Source of the DNA: an uncultured Verrucomicrobiae bacterium
GTDB lineage: Bacteria; Verrucomicrobiota; Verrucomicrobiia; Chthoniobacterales; UBA10450
Assembly (NCBI GenBank): GCA_963834385.1
Contig: CAWIBO010000005.1
Coordinates: 704,001-768,000, forward strand
DNA: 64,000 nt
Reading direction: 5' to 3'
The position numbers and the translations under genes are program-made. Shown one piece after another: positions 10,543 through 19,587 of this stretch. Below the pieces are notes generated by a model. That model saw nothing but the letters and a program-made list of their open reading frames with translations, was not told where the DNA came from and made no database searches. The stretch's first letter is position 1, and each line of letters opens with the position of its first letter.

Positions 10543-11475
10543 ATGACCAGCCCGGAAATGGCCATCTCGGCCCGCGGTTTGCGCAAGTCCTACGGACCGC
10601 TCGAGGCGGTCAAGGGCATCGATTTCGAGGTGCGGAGCGGTGAGGTCTTTGGCCTGCTCGGCCCCAATGGCGCCGGCAAAACCACCACGGTTGAGATCCT
10701 CGAGGGACTGCGCCCGCGCTCAGCCGGCGAGGTGCGGGTCCTCGGCCTCGATCCCGACCGGCAAAATAAAACGCTCAAGGACCGCATCGGCGTCTGCCTG
10801 CAGGCGACCAATCTGCCCGACAAAATGCGCGTGGATGAGGCGCTGGCTCTTTTCGCCTCCTTTTACTCGAAATCAATCCCGGCCGATCCGCTGCTCGACC
10901 GTCTGCAGTTGACCGAGAAAAAGAAGGCGCCTTACGCGACCCTTTCGGGCGGACAAAAACAGCGGCTGGCCATTGCCCTCGCCCTGATCAACCAGCCCCA
11001 GCTTCTTTTCCTCGATGAACCGACCACCGGTCTCGACCCGCAGGTTCGTCTCGAGATCCGGGATTTGATTGAGGAGCTGCGCGAGGAGAAGCGCACCATT
11101 GTCCTGACCACGCACTACATCGAGGAGGCCGAGCGCCTCTGCGACCGCGTCGCCATCATCGACGCCGGGGAGATCATCGCCCTTGGTTCTCCCCGCGAAC
11201 TCCAGGAAAAAAGCGCCGAACAATCGGTCATCGAGATCACCCTGGCGCAACCGGCGCCCGGCCTCGCTCTTCCCAGCTTCAGCGGTGCGCTCAGCGCCGA
11301 TGTTTCCGCGGACGGCCGCGGCCTCAAGGTCCGGTCGTCCCAACCGGCCCGCACCCTCGTGGAACTGGTGAAATGGCTCGATGCGCAGGGGCGCGAACTC
11401 GCGGACGTGCATCTGAAACGGCCAACGCTCGAGGACGTCTTCATCGAGATGACGGGAAAGAAACTGCGCGATTAA
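10543..11475 (+). CDS. ABC exporter ATP-binding protein
   Basis: GPNGAGKTT, LSGGQKQR, LDEPTTG. Confidence 0.95.
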   Translation: MTSPEMAISARGLRKSYGPLEAVKGIDFEVRSGEVFGLLGPNGAGKTTTVEILEGLRPRSAGEVRVLGLDPDRQNKTLKDRIGVCLQATNLPDKMRVDEALALFASFYSKSIPADPLLDRLQLTEKKKAPYATLSGGQKQRLAIALALINQPQLLFLDEPTTGLDPQVRLEIRDLIEELREEKRTIVLTTHYIEEAERLCDRVAIIDAGEIIALGSPRELQEKSAEQSVIEITLAQPAPGLALPSFSGALSADVSADGRGLKVRSSQPARTLVELVKWLDAQGRELADVHLKRPTLEDVFIEMTGKKLRD

Positions 11476-11481
11476 CCGGCC

Positions 11482-13680
11482 ATGAAATCCTTTCTCTCCT
11501 TGCTCAAGATCGACCTGCTCCTCGCGGCGCGAAACCGCGGCGTCCTCTTCTTCAACTACCTTTTCCCGCTCGTCTTCTTCTTCTTCTTTGCCTGGGCCTT
11601 CGACGCCGGCCAGGGCCGCACCATCCTGCTGGTGGTCGCCATGGTCATCGTCATCGGCATCCTCGGCAACGGCCTCTTCGGCGCCGGCATGCGCGCGGTG
11701 CAGGAACGCGAGGAAAACATCCTGCGGCGTTACAAGGTGACGCCGATCACGCCCGTCCCGCTCCTGGCCGCCTCCATGATCACCGGGGTGCTGATCTACC
11801 TGCCCAGCGTTGTCCTCCTCCTCTTCCTGGCCAACCGCTTCTACGGCATGGCGCTCCCGGCCGATCTCTTTTCCCTTTTCCTCTTCATCTGCATCGGCAC
11901 CATCGCCTTCCGCGCGCTCGGCCTCATCATCGCCGCGGTGGTCAATTCCAGCCAGGAGGCGACCATCCTCACGCAGCTGGTCTACATGCCGATGCTCTTC
12001 CTCAGCGGCGCCACCATTCCGCTGGCTCGTCTGCCGGAGTGGGCCCAGATCGTGACCCAGTTCATTCCGGCCACCTACCTCATGAGCGGCATCTCCGGGA
12101 TCATTCAGCATGGCGAGTCGGTCCTGCAAAACAGCAAGTCGGTCGCCGCCCTTCTCGTGGCCGCCGGCGTCGGCCTCTTTATCGCCACCAAACTTTTCCG
12201 CTGGGAAAAGGAGGAGAAATTGCGGCCGGCCGCCAAGGTCTGGGTCATCGCCGTCCTGCTCCCCTTTTTCGCGCTGGGTGGCTACCAGGCCTGGAGCAGG
12301 CAGGACATTGCCAAGGCCAAGATCCTCTGGCGCGATCTGCGCCGCGGCAACAACTGGCTGGTGGAGAACGCCCGCATCTTCGTGGGCGACGGCCAGGTTT
12401 ATGAACGGGGCGCCATCCTGGTCAAAGGCGGGAAGATCGCCGCCGTTTACCAGGGCAGCGCTCCCGACGCCGAGTCGCTCAAGGCGGAAAAGATCGACGC
12501 GGCCGGCAAGACGCTGCTCCCCGGCCTGATCGACCTGCACGTACACCTGGGCGCCTCCGGCGGGTTCTACGAGGACATGTCGAAAGCCTTCGACCCGGCG
12601 AACATGGAGCGTGCTCTCGCGGCGTATCTCTACTGCGGAGTCACGGCCGTGCGGAGCGCCGGCGACCAACTGAACGAGCTGCAGCGCCTGCGGGGCCGTT
12701 TTGGCACCGGCGAAAAGGTCGGGGCGGAGCTTTTCTTCTGCGGCCCGCTCTTCACCACCGAGGGCGGCCACGGCACCCAGTATGGGAAATTCATGCCCGA
12801 GGCCCTCGCCGCCTCCTTTAACGCGCAGTTTGTCCGCCTGCCAAAATCCGAGGCGGAAGCGCGCGCCCAGGTCGATGCCCTGGCCGTTGCCGGCGTGGAC
12901 GCGATCAAGGCGGTGCTCGAGGCCGGCGTGCCCGGCTACACTTTTCGGCGCCTCGACCCCGCCCTCCTCCGCGCCATCACGGAAGCGGCCCACGCCCACA
13001 ACCTCCCCGTGGCCATCCACACCGGCAATGCCGCGGATGTGGCCGAGGCCGTGACCATGGGGCCCGACTCCATCGAGCATGGTTCCGTGCTTGATGTCAT
13101 TGCGGACGAGGTTTTCGCGCGCATGGCCGAACAGAAAATCGCCTACAACCCTACCCTCAGCGTGGTGGAAGGTTTTACGAATTTTGCCCGGGGCGATACC
13201 GCCTCGCTCAAGCGTTCCCTCGTCCAGCAGGTCACCACCCGCGAATTGCTCAGCGGGACCGAGGCCGCGGCGCAAAGCGAGCGCTACCAGCCGCTGCGCG
13301 ACGGCCTGCGACAATACCCCATGTCGATGGAAACCGGGGGCCGGAACCTCCGCCAGGCGCACGCCGCCGGGGTCATGCTCATCACCGGGTCCGATGCCGG
13401 CAACTTCCTCGTCCTCCACGGCCCGACAGTGCAGCGCGAGCTCGAGCTTTGGGTCGCCGCCGGCATTCCGGTGGAGGTCGCCCTGCAGGCCGCCACGGGC
13501 AACGCCGCCAAGGTTCTGCGCGCGGAGGATCGCATCGGCACCATCACCGTCGGAAAAGAAGCTTCCTTCCTCATCGTCGACGGCAACCCGCTCCAGGATG
13601 TGAAAGCGCTTTCCGCCATCTCCGCCGTCTTCTTCAAGGGCGAACGCATCAATCGCTCCGAGCTTTTCGAGCAAAAATAA
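11482..13680 (+). CDS. ABC-2 permease fused to a metal-dependent amidohydrolase domain
   Basis: N-terminal ~270 aa multi-TM ABC-2 (EREENILRR, FLSGATIP); C-terminal LLPGLIDLHVHL, SIEHG, GSDAG, IGTITVGKEASFLIVDGNP. Confidence 0.88.
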   Translation: MKSFLSLLKIDLLLAARNRGVLFFNYLFPLVFFFFFAWAFDAGQGRTILLVVAMVIVIGILGNGLFGAGMRAVQEREENILRRYKVTPITPVPLLAASMITGVLIYLPSVVLLLFLANRFYGMALPADLFSLFLFICIGTIAFRALGLIIAAVVNSSQEATILTQLVYMPMLFLSGATIPLARLPEWAQIVTQFIPATYLMSGISGIIQHGESVLQNSKSVAALLVAAGVGLFIATKLFRWEKEEKLRPAAKVWVIAVLLPFFALGGYQAWSRQDIAKAKILWRDLRRGNNWLVENARIFVGDGQVYERGAILVKGGKIAAVYQGSAPDAESLKAEKIDAAGKTLLPGLIDLHVHLGASGGFYEDMSKAFDPANMERALAAYLYCGVTAVRSAGDQLNELQRLRGRFGTGEKVGAELFFCGPLFTTEGGHGTQYGKFMPEALAASFNAQFVRLPKSEAEARAQVDALAVAGVDAIKAVLEAGVPGYTFRRLDPALLRAITEAAHAHNLPVAIHTGNAADVAEAVTMGPDSIEHGSVLDVIADEVFARMAEQKIAYNPTLSVVEGFTNFARGDTASLKRSLVQQVTTRELLSGTEAAAQSERYQPLRDGLRQYPMSMETGGRNLRQAHAAGVMLITGSDAGNFLVLHGPTVQRELELWVAAGIPVEVALQAATGNAAKVLRAEDRIGTITVGKEASFLIVDGNPLQDVKALSAISAVFFKGERINRSELFEQK

Positions 13681-13684
13681 GACG

Positions 13685-14774
13685 ATGGCCGTCCTGCTGC
13701 CGGTCGATCATCTTGACGAAGTCTGGCCGGACCATCTCCGCGGCGCACGCCTTGGCGCGCTGCTTCATCCGGCTTCGGTCGGCGCCGCTCTCGAGCACAC
13801 TTCCACCCTCCTCGAGCGCCGGGAGGGCGAACTTTTCCGGCTCCGTGCCTTCTTCGGTCCCCAGCATGGTTATCTCGGGCAGACGCAGGACAACATGATC
13901 GAGTGGCAGGGGTTCACCCATCCGCGGCTCAATCTCCCGGTTTACAGCCTTTACGGCGCCGCCCGGGAGCCGACCCCGGAGATGCTGGAGGGCCTTGATC
14001 TTCTCCTGATCGATCTGCAGGACGTCGGCGCACGCTACTACACGTTTATCTGGACCATGTATCTCTGCCTGCGCGCCTGCGCCCGCGCCGGCCTCGAGGT
14101 GGTGATCTGCGATCGTCCCAACCCGATCAACGGCGTCACCACCGAGGGGCCAATGCTCGATCCCGCCTACAGCCTCGTTTGTCGGGCTCCACCCGCTCCC
14201 TGTCCGGCACGCGCGCACCATCGGCGAGCTTTGCCTCCAGTTTCGGGAGGAAGCGTTCCCGAACCTGAAGGCGTCCGTGCTCCCGATGCGCGGCTGGGAA
14301 CGCGCCATGTGGTTTGACCAGACTGGTCTGCCCTGGGTGATGCCCTCTCCCAACATGCCCACCCTGGAAACCGCCACGGTTTACCCGGGCTTGTGTCTCC
14401 TCGAAGGCACCAACATTTCCGAAGGACGCGGGACCACGCGCCCCTTCGAGATTTTCGGCGCGCCCTTCCTCGATGCCGATGAGGTCGCCCGCGATCTGCA
14501 GGCGGAGAATCTCCCCGGCGTCCATTTTCGTCCCTGTCATTTTCAGCCGACGTTTCAAAAGTTCGCCGGGGAACTGTGTCACGGCGCGCAGCTGCATGTC
14601 ACCGGGCGCGATCGCTTCCGGCCGTGGGAGACCGCACTGACGATTATCCGTTACCTGCGCCGGCGTTACCCCGGCTCGTTCCAATGGAAACAGCCTCCCT
14701 ACGAATACGAGGAAAAGCGTTTGCCGATCGAAGTCCTGCTCGGCGGACCCTGCAACGATTTCTTCCCGGAATGA
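13685..14774 (+). CDS. namZ: exo-beta-N-acetylmuramidase NamZ (DUF1343), +1 frameshift near 14174
   Basis: FGPQHG, DLQDVGARYYTF, DRPNP, then PSPNMPT, EGRGTTRPFE in the second frame; removing C14174 joins the frames (PAYSSFVGLHPLPVRH). Confidence 0.88.
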
Positions 14775-15442
14775 AAAGCTTTGCCCCGATTTCCCTGGCC
14801 CTGCTCTTGCTCGGGAGCGGCCCCGCCGTGCAGGCCGATATCCCTTGGGAGGAGGCAAAGAAAAAGCTCCGGGAAGAAAACGCGCGGCTGGCTGCCCGCC
14901 CGGAAGGACATGCCGGTGTCTATTTTGTGATCTGCACCGTCTATTACACGCCCACCGAGGCCGGGATCACCGCGGAGCGGGGCTTTGATGTCACGCCCAC
15001 CACCGCACCCGGCCTGCGCGGCCGCCATTATCCGAAGGATTTCCTCCGCGTGGTCAAACTCGAAGGCTACGGGCGGCTGCTCGAGCCGGTCGACGGCAAG
15101 GGCTATCTTTTCTACGACGGCGATGGGCGCTACGGGTTTGCCCGGGAGCCCGGCGGCATGGGCGGACGTTTTACTCTTGTCCCGCGAGTCTCCGCTGCGG
15201 CCCGGCTCGGGCAACGGAAGTTGAAAGAGGGCGCTGAATTGATTACGAAGGAGGCGGTGGTGCGCGAGATATTCGGGAGCGATCGCTGGAAGATCGTGGA
15301 CACGGGGGGCGGGCTGAAGCGGTGGCAACTCGATCTATACTGGGGGGAGGACGAGCCGCGGGGACCCGACGCGCTGGGGCGGCCGAAGGGGACGGAGTTT
15401 GAGTATTGCTATGCGGAGATTGAATTGGTTGAGCCGGATTAA
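14771..15442 (+). CDS. secreted protein with 3D/MltA-like domain
   Basis: Signal peptide MKSFAPISLALLLLG; TVYYTP...IVDTGGGLKRWQLDLYWG resembles the 3D motif. Confidence 0.6.
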   Translation: MKSFAPISLALLLLGSGPAVQADIPWEEAKKKLREENARLAARPEGHAGVYFVICTVYYTPTEAGITAERGFDVTPTTAPGLRGRHYPKDFLRVVKLEGYGRLLEPVDGKGYLFYDGDGRYGFAREPGGMGGRFTLVPRVSAAARLGQRKLKEGAELITKEAVVREIFGSDRWKIVDTGGGLKRWQLDLYWGEDEPRGPDALGRPKGTEFEYCYAEIELVEPD

Positions 15443-15463
15443 ACTTATCACCAGGAGACTTTT

Positions 15464-15940
15464 GTGGCTGATCTTATTGTTAAACTTTACGAACTAAAGA
15501 CCGCCGCGGTCGAGGCCGGGGAGGATCCCCCCTTCACCGTGCGCCGGGCTTTCTCGGCCGAGCAGCGCATGATCGTCCGTTTCGTCGCGGCCGAGTTCGG
15601 CGATGGCTGGGCCTCGGAGTGCGAAGCCGCTTTCGCCCGATCCCCCGTTTCCTGTTTTATCGCGGTCGACTCCTCCCGCCTGGTCGGTTTTTCCTGCTAC
15701 GACGCCACCGCCCGCGCCATGTATGGACCGGTCGGCGTGGCCCGGGACAGCCGCAAGCAGGGCATTGGCCGCGTCCTGCTCCTGGCCACGCTGCACGACA
15801 TGGCCTCGCAGGGATATGCCTACGCGGTGATCGGCGGGGCGGGCCCTGAGCAGCTCGCCTTCTATCGGCAGGCCGTCGGCGCCATTGATATCCCCGACTC
15901 GACCCCGGGCTTCTACCGGGGCATGTTGCGCGTCCGCTAA
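15464..15940 (+). CDS. GNAT family N-acetyltransferase
   Basis: GPVGVARDSRKQGIGRVLL (motif A). Confidence 0.88.
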   Translation: MADLIVKLYELKTAAVEAGEDPPFTVRRAFSAEQRMIVRFVAAEFGDGWASECEAAFARSPVSCFIAVDSSRLVGFSCYDATARAMYGPVGVARDSRKQGIGRVLLLATLHDMASQGYAYAVIGGAGPEQLAFYRQAVGAIDIPDSTPGFYRGMLRVR

Positions 15941-15991
15941 AGCCGGCGGCAGAGCGGTGAAGCGATTGCGCGGCCACCGCGTCCAATCCTT

Positions 15992-17107
15992 ATGCGTTAC
16001 TTTTTTGTCTTTATCCTCAGCCTCGCCCTCGCCCCGGTCGTTCCCGCCTGGGGACCCGAAGGCCACCGCATCGTCGGGGCAATTGCCGACCAGCGGCTGG
16101 CGGAAACCGAGACCGGACGGCAGGTGGCGCTTCTGCTCGACGGGTTCACCCTGGAAAAAGCGGCGCTGATTCCGGACGAGATCAAGGGCTGGGACAAGGA
16201 TGGGCCGGACAAGCCGGGCATTTTTCACTACACCTCGCGCCCGCGGATCGACGAACAGCTGACGGCATTCTGGAAAGCGAATCCTCCTACGCGCGACCAC
16301 GCCTCGAGCGCCCCCTCCCACCATTGGTTTCACTATACCGATGTGCCGGTTGTTTCCGGTGCGCGCTACGGTGAGGGCAAGGCGGGCCGCAGCCGGTGGG
16401 ACATCGTGCAGACGATGAAATACTGCCTGCGCGTCCTCGAAGGGACCGAACCGGAAGATAACCCCCGCGCCATTACAAAGCCCATCGCCATCATCCTGCT
16501 CGCCCATTTCGTGGGCGACCTCCACCAACCGATGCACGTGGGCGCACAGTTCTACGACCGCCAGGGCCGGCCGGCCGACCCCGACAAGGTCGACGAAACC
16601 TTCCCGAACCACGGGGGGAACACCATCACGCTCTGGCTCGATTCAGACCAGCGCAAGCGGGCCCGGCCCAAGCTGCACAGTTTCTGGGACAGCCAGGCCG
16701 TAACCGCCCTGTTTCCTCCCATGCCCGACGAGATCGAGAAAGAGGAACGCCGTCGGCGGACCGACGAGAATGTCGCGGGATTCGTCGCCCGGGCGGCCGG
16801 GGAGGAACCAGCCGGCTGGAAGATGCCGGGTGACCTCCCCCTTACGGCATGGCCGGAGACGTGGGCCGACGAAGTGCTGCCGTTGGCGCACGAGGCCTAC
16901 GACAGGCTTCGTTTCGGCCGGGTCACTCCCCGAGAGATCAAGGGGGAAATGTCTGCTTCCGGGCGCGCTTACGAGGCGAAAATGCCCGACGGGATCGGGT
17001 ATCTCGACTGGGCTTCCACGGTGGCCCGGCGTCAGGTGCACCTGGCGGGGTGGCGCCTGGCCGACCTCCTCGAGAACGCGCTCGCGGCGCCGTCGGCTGG
17101 GAAGTGA
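15992..17107 (+). CDS. S1/P1 nuclease family protein, secreted
   Basis: WGPEGHRIV, HFVGDLHQPMH, LHSFWD, AGWRLA. Confidence 0.92.
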   Translation: MRYFFVFILSLALAPVVPAWGPEGHRIVGAIADQRLAETETGRQVALLLDGFTLEKAALIPDEIKGWDKDGPDKPGIFHYTSRPRIDEQLTAFWKANPPTRDHASSAPSHHWFHYTDVPVVSGARYGEGKAGRSRWDIVQTMKYCLRVLEGTEPEDNPRAITKPIAIILLAHFVGDLHQPMHVGAQFYDRQGRPADPDKVDETFPNHGGNTITLWLDSDQRKRARPKLHSFWDSQAVTALFPPMPDEIEKEERRRRTDENVAGFVARAAGEEPAGWKMPGDLPLTAWPETWADEVLPLAHEAYDRLRFGRVTPREIKGEMSASGRAYEAKMPDGIGYLDWASTVARRQVHLAGWRLADLLENALAAPSAGK

Positions 17108-17145
17108 AGCCTTGCGCGCGCCGCTCCCGGCGTGGAAATTCCGGT

Positions 17146-17529
17146 ATGAAACGTCTCGCGCTCTTCCTCCTGCTCGCGCTGGGCGCGGTGGCGGCCTCAC
17201 CTACCCCGAAACCCGCTCCGGCCGCTACACCCGATTTCACCGCCACCTCCGACTCGAAGTGGGGGGTGTATCCGATCGGTTACAAGCAGATCATCACAGA
17301 GTGGCTCGAGAACAAGCTGATTGATCCGCAGAGCGCCGCGATCGAGTTCCTGACTGAGCCCCGGAAAGCCGGTCTCACGGGCAAAGGTGACGCCAAACTC
17401 TTCGGCTACTACGTGGAGCTCCGGGTCAACGCCCGGAACAAGTTCGGCGCCCCCACCGGCTGGCAAAAGCGATGGGTCCTGATCCGCAACGGCGGCATCC
17501 TGAAAGACGGAACCGGCTCCGGGTCGTGA
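17146..17529 (+). CDS. hypothetical secreted protein
   Basis: MKRLALFLLLALGAVA signal peptide; LIDPQSA...VNARNKFGAPTG. Confidence 0.75.
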   Translation: MKRLALFLLLALGAVAASPTPKPAPAATPDFTATSDSKWGVYPIGYKQIITEWLENKLIDPQSAAIEFLTEPRKAGLTGKGDAKLFGYYVELRVNARNKFGAPTGWQKRWVLIRNGGILKDGTGSGS

Positions 17530-17543
17530 AACCCGGAGCCGGT
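17512..17543. terminator. 13-bp perfect GC hairpin at the stop codon, between convergent genes
   Basis: ACCGGCTCCGGGT-cgtgaa-ACCCGGAGCCGGT; no U-tract. Confidence 0.45.
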
Positions 17544-17594
17544 CCTGTGATCACCTTATGAACTGAGCCGGGAAACAGCCCGGCGCAGCGAAAA

Positions 17595-17918
17595 TCAGCT
17601 CTGTTTCTTTTCCTTGGCGGAAGCTTCGCAATGCGCCTTGAACTTGGCGTATTGCTCGGCCGAAAGGATGTCCTTCGCGCCTGCCTGGAATTTCTCCATG
17701 CTCTCCTTGGAGCAGCCGGCCTTGGCGCAGTCGGCTTCGAGGTTCTTCAGCTTCGTTTCCTGCTCGGCGGAAAGGTTCAGCTGGGCATAGCTCATGCCGA
17801 CCTTGGTTTCGTTCGAGGCCGTCTTCATGCAGCAGCCGGCTTTGTCCCCGGCATAGAGGGAAACGGAGGCGGAGGCGACCAGGGTCGCGGTTAAAAAGGC
17901 AAGGGCTTTGGTCTTCAT
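17595..17918 (-). CDS. small secreted Cys-containing protein
   Basis: MKTKALAFLTATLVASASVSLYA signal; GCC, CAKAGC; LNLSAEQ/ILSAEQ (LTxxQ-like) motifs. Confidence 0.75.
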   Translation of the reverse strand: MKTKALAFLTATLVASASVSLYAGDKAGCCMKTASNETKVGMSYAQLNLSAEQETKLKNLEADCAKAGCSKESMEKFQAGAKDILSAEQYAKFKAHCEASAKEKKQS

Positions 17919-18008
17919 CGTGCGGGGTGAGACAAGGCGCCGGGCGGGACCGTTCAAAAAAATGACCGGTTCGCCAGGGCCCGCTTCCTCATTATCTTCC
18001 CGCCCGCC

Positions 18009-19136
18009 ATGTTCGAGCTCCTTTGCACCGATCCTTCCTCGCGCGCCCGGCGCGGCCGGTTGCAGACAAACCATGGCCCGATCGAGACGCCCGCCTTCAT
18101 GCCGGTCGGCACCCAGGGAACGGTGAAGGCCGTCACCCCGGCTGAGCTGAGGGCCTTGCGGGCCCAGATCATCCTGGGCAACACCTATCACCTCTTTGTC
18201 CGGCCCGGCCTCGAGGTCATCCGGCATTTCGGCGGTCTCCACCGCTTCATGAACTGGTCGGGCCCGATCCTGACTGACAGCGGCGGTTACCAGATTTTCT
18301 CCCTCGCCAAATTGCGCCGGATCACGCCGGAGGGGGCGCATTTCCAGAACCATCTCGACGGCAGCCCGGCTTTTATCTCGCCCGAGATCGCGATGGAGAT
18401 CCAGCAGACCCTCGGGAGCGATATCGCCATGGTCCTGGATGAATGCCCGCCCTGGCCCTGTGCCCGCGACGAGGCCGCCCGCAGCCTCGAGCTCACCCTC
18501 GGGTGGGCCCGCCGGTGCCGTGACGCCCATGGGCCGGCCGCCGGGCGCGGCCTCCTCTTTGGGATCGTCCAGGGAGCGACCTACGCCGATCTGCGCCGGC
18601 AGGCCGCCGAGGCCCTGGTGGAGATCGGCTTCGACGGCTACGCCATCGGCGGGGTCAGCGTCGGCGAACCGGAAGAGGAAATGATGAAGGCGGTGGAGGC
18701 GAGCGTGCCTTTCCTGCCGGCCGACCGCCCCCGCTATGCCATGGGGCTCGGCACCCCGCCGCAGATGATCGAGATGGTGGCGCGCGGGGTCGACCTGTTT
18801 GATTGCGTCCTGCCGACGCGCCTGGCGCGCAACGGCACCGCCTTCACCGCGGCCGGGACGCTGAATCTCAAGAACGCGGAGTTTACCCTCGACCGGGGAC
18901 CGATCGAGGAAGGCTGCGCCTGCCCGGCCTGCGCGGAGTTCAGCCGCGGTTACCTTCGCCACCTGCTCAAGGCGGAGGAAATTCTCGGGCTTCGCCTGGT
19001 CACCCTGCACAACCTCCACTTTTATCTGCATCTCATGACCCGCGCGCGGCAGGCGCTGGATGAAGGCACCTTCGCCGCCTTTCGCGACCGCGTGGTTTCG
19101 GGTTATCGGGTGCGCGGCGAATCGGCCGGCGCCTGA
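18009..19136 (+). CDS. tgt: tRNA-guanine transglycosylase
   Basis: TPAFMPVGT, DSGGYQIFSL, FDCVLPTR, CACPAC zinc site. Confidence 0.98.
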   Translation: MFELLCTDPSSRARRGRLQTNHGPIETPAFMPVGTQGTVKAVTPAELRALRAQIILGNTYHLFVRPGLEVIRHFGGLHRFMNWSGPILTDSGGYQIFSLAKLRRITPEGAHFQNHLDGSPAFISPEIAMEIQQTLGSDIAMVLDECPPWPCARDEAARSLELTLGWARRCRDAHGPAAGRGLLFGIVQGATYADLRRQAAEALVEIGFDGYAIGGVSVGEPEEEMMKAVEASVPFLPADRPRYAMGLGTPPQMIEMVARGVDLFDCVLPTRLARNGTAFTAAGTLNLKNAEFTLDRGPIEEGCACPACAEFSRGYLRHLLKAEEILGLRLVTLHNLHFYLHLMTRARQALDEGTFAAFRDRVVSGYRVRGESAGA

Positions 19137-19240
19137 GCGCGCCCTTGCCAAGAGCCCTACTCTATGCTCAATAGAAACCTCGTTTCGGCAGGCGCACCGT
19201 GAGCAAACGCGGGCCCATCTCCGCGAACGAACCCTTTCTC

Positions 19241-19561
19241 ATGCTACCGATTTTTCTCGCGCAGACGGCGACGCCGGCTTCCCCCAGCCCCTTCACGTCG
19301 TTCATCCCGCTCATCCTCATCTTCATCATCATGTACTTCCTGCTCTTTCGGCCGCAGATTAAGCGGCAGAAGGAACAGCAACGCCTGGTGGCCGCGGTCA
19401 AGACCGGCGACCGCGTGGTCACCAGCTCCGGCATTCACGGCATCATCAGCAATGTGAAGGAGACCACCTTCACCGTGAAGATTGCCGATAACGTGAAGAT
19501 CGAGATCGAGAAAAACGCCGTCACCAGCGTCCTCAAGCCGGCCGAGCCGGCCAAAGCCTGA
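19241..19561 (+). CDS. yajC: preprotein translocase subunit YajC
   Basis: YFLLFRPQIKRQK...GDRVVTSSGIHG; tgt-yajC-secDF synteny. Confidence 0.95.
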   Translation: MLPIFLAQTATPASPSPFTSFIPLILIFIIMYFLLFRPQIKRQKEQQRLVAAVKTGDRVVTSSGIHGIISNVKETTFTVKIADNVKIEIEKNAVTSVLKPAEPAKA

Positions 19562-19587
19562 GCCTCGCTCCACCCGGTCCCTTCTCC

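Noticed and set aside
6230..13674. Very long antisense ORFs (6230-8776, 10873-13674 and similar)
   Set aside because: Shadow frames of high-GC genes; the opposite strand has recognisable proteins.
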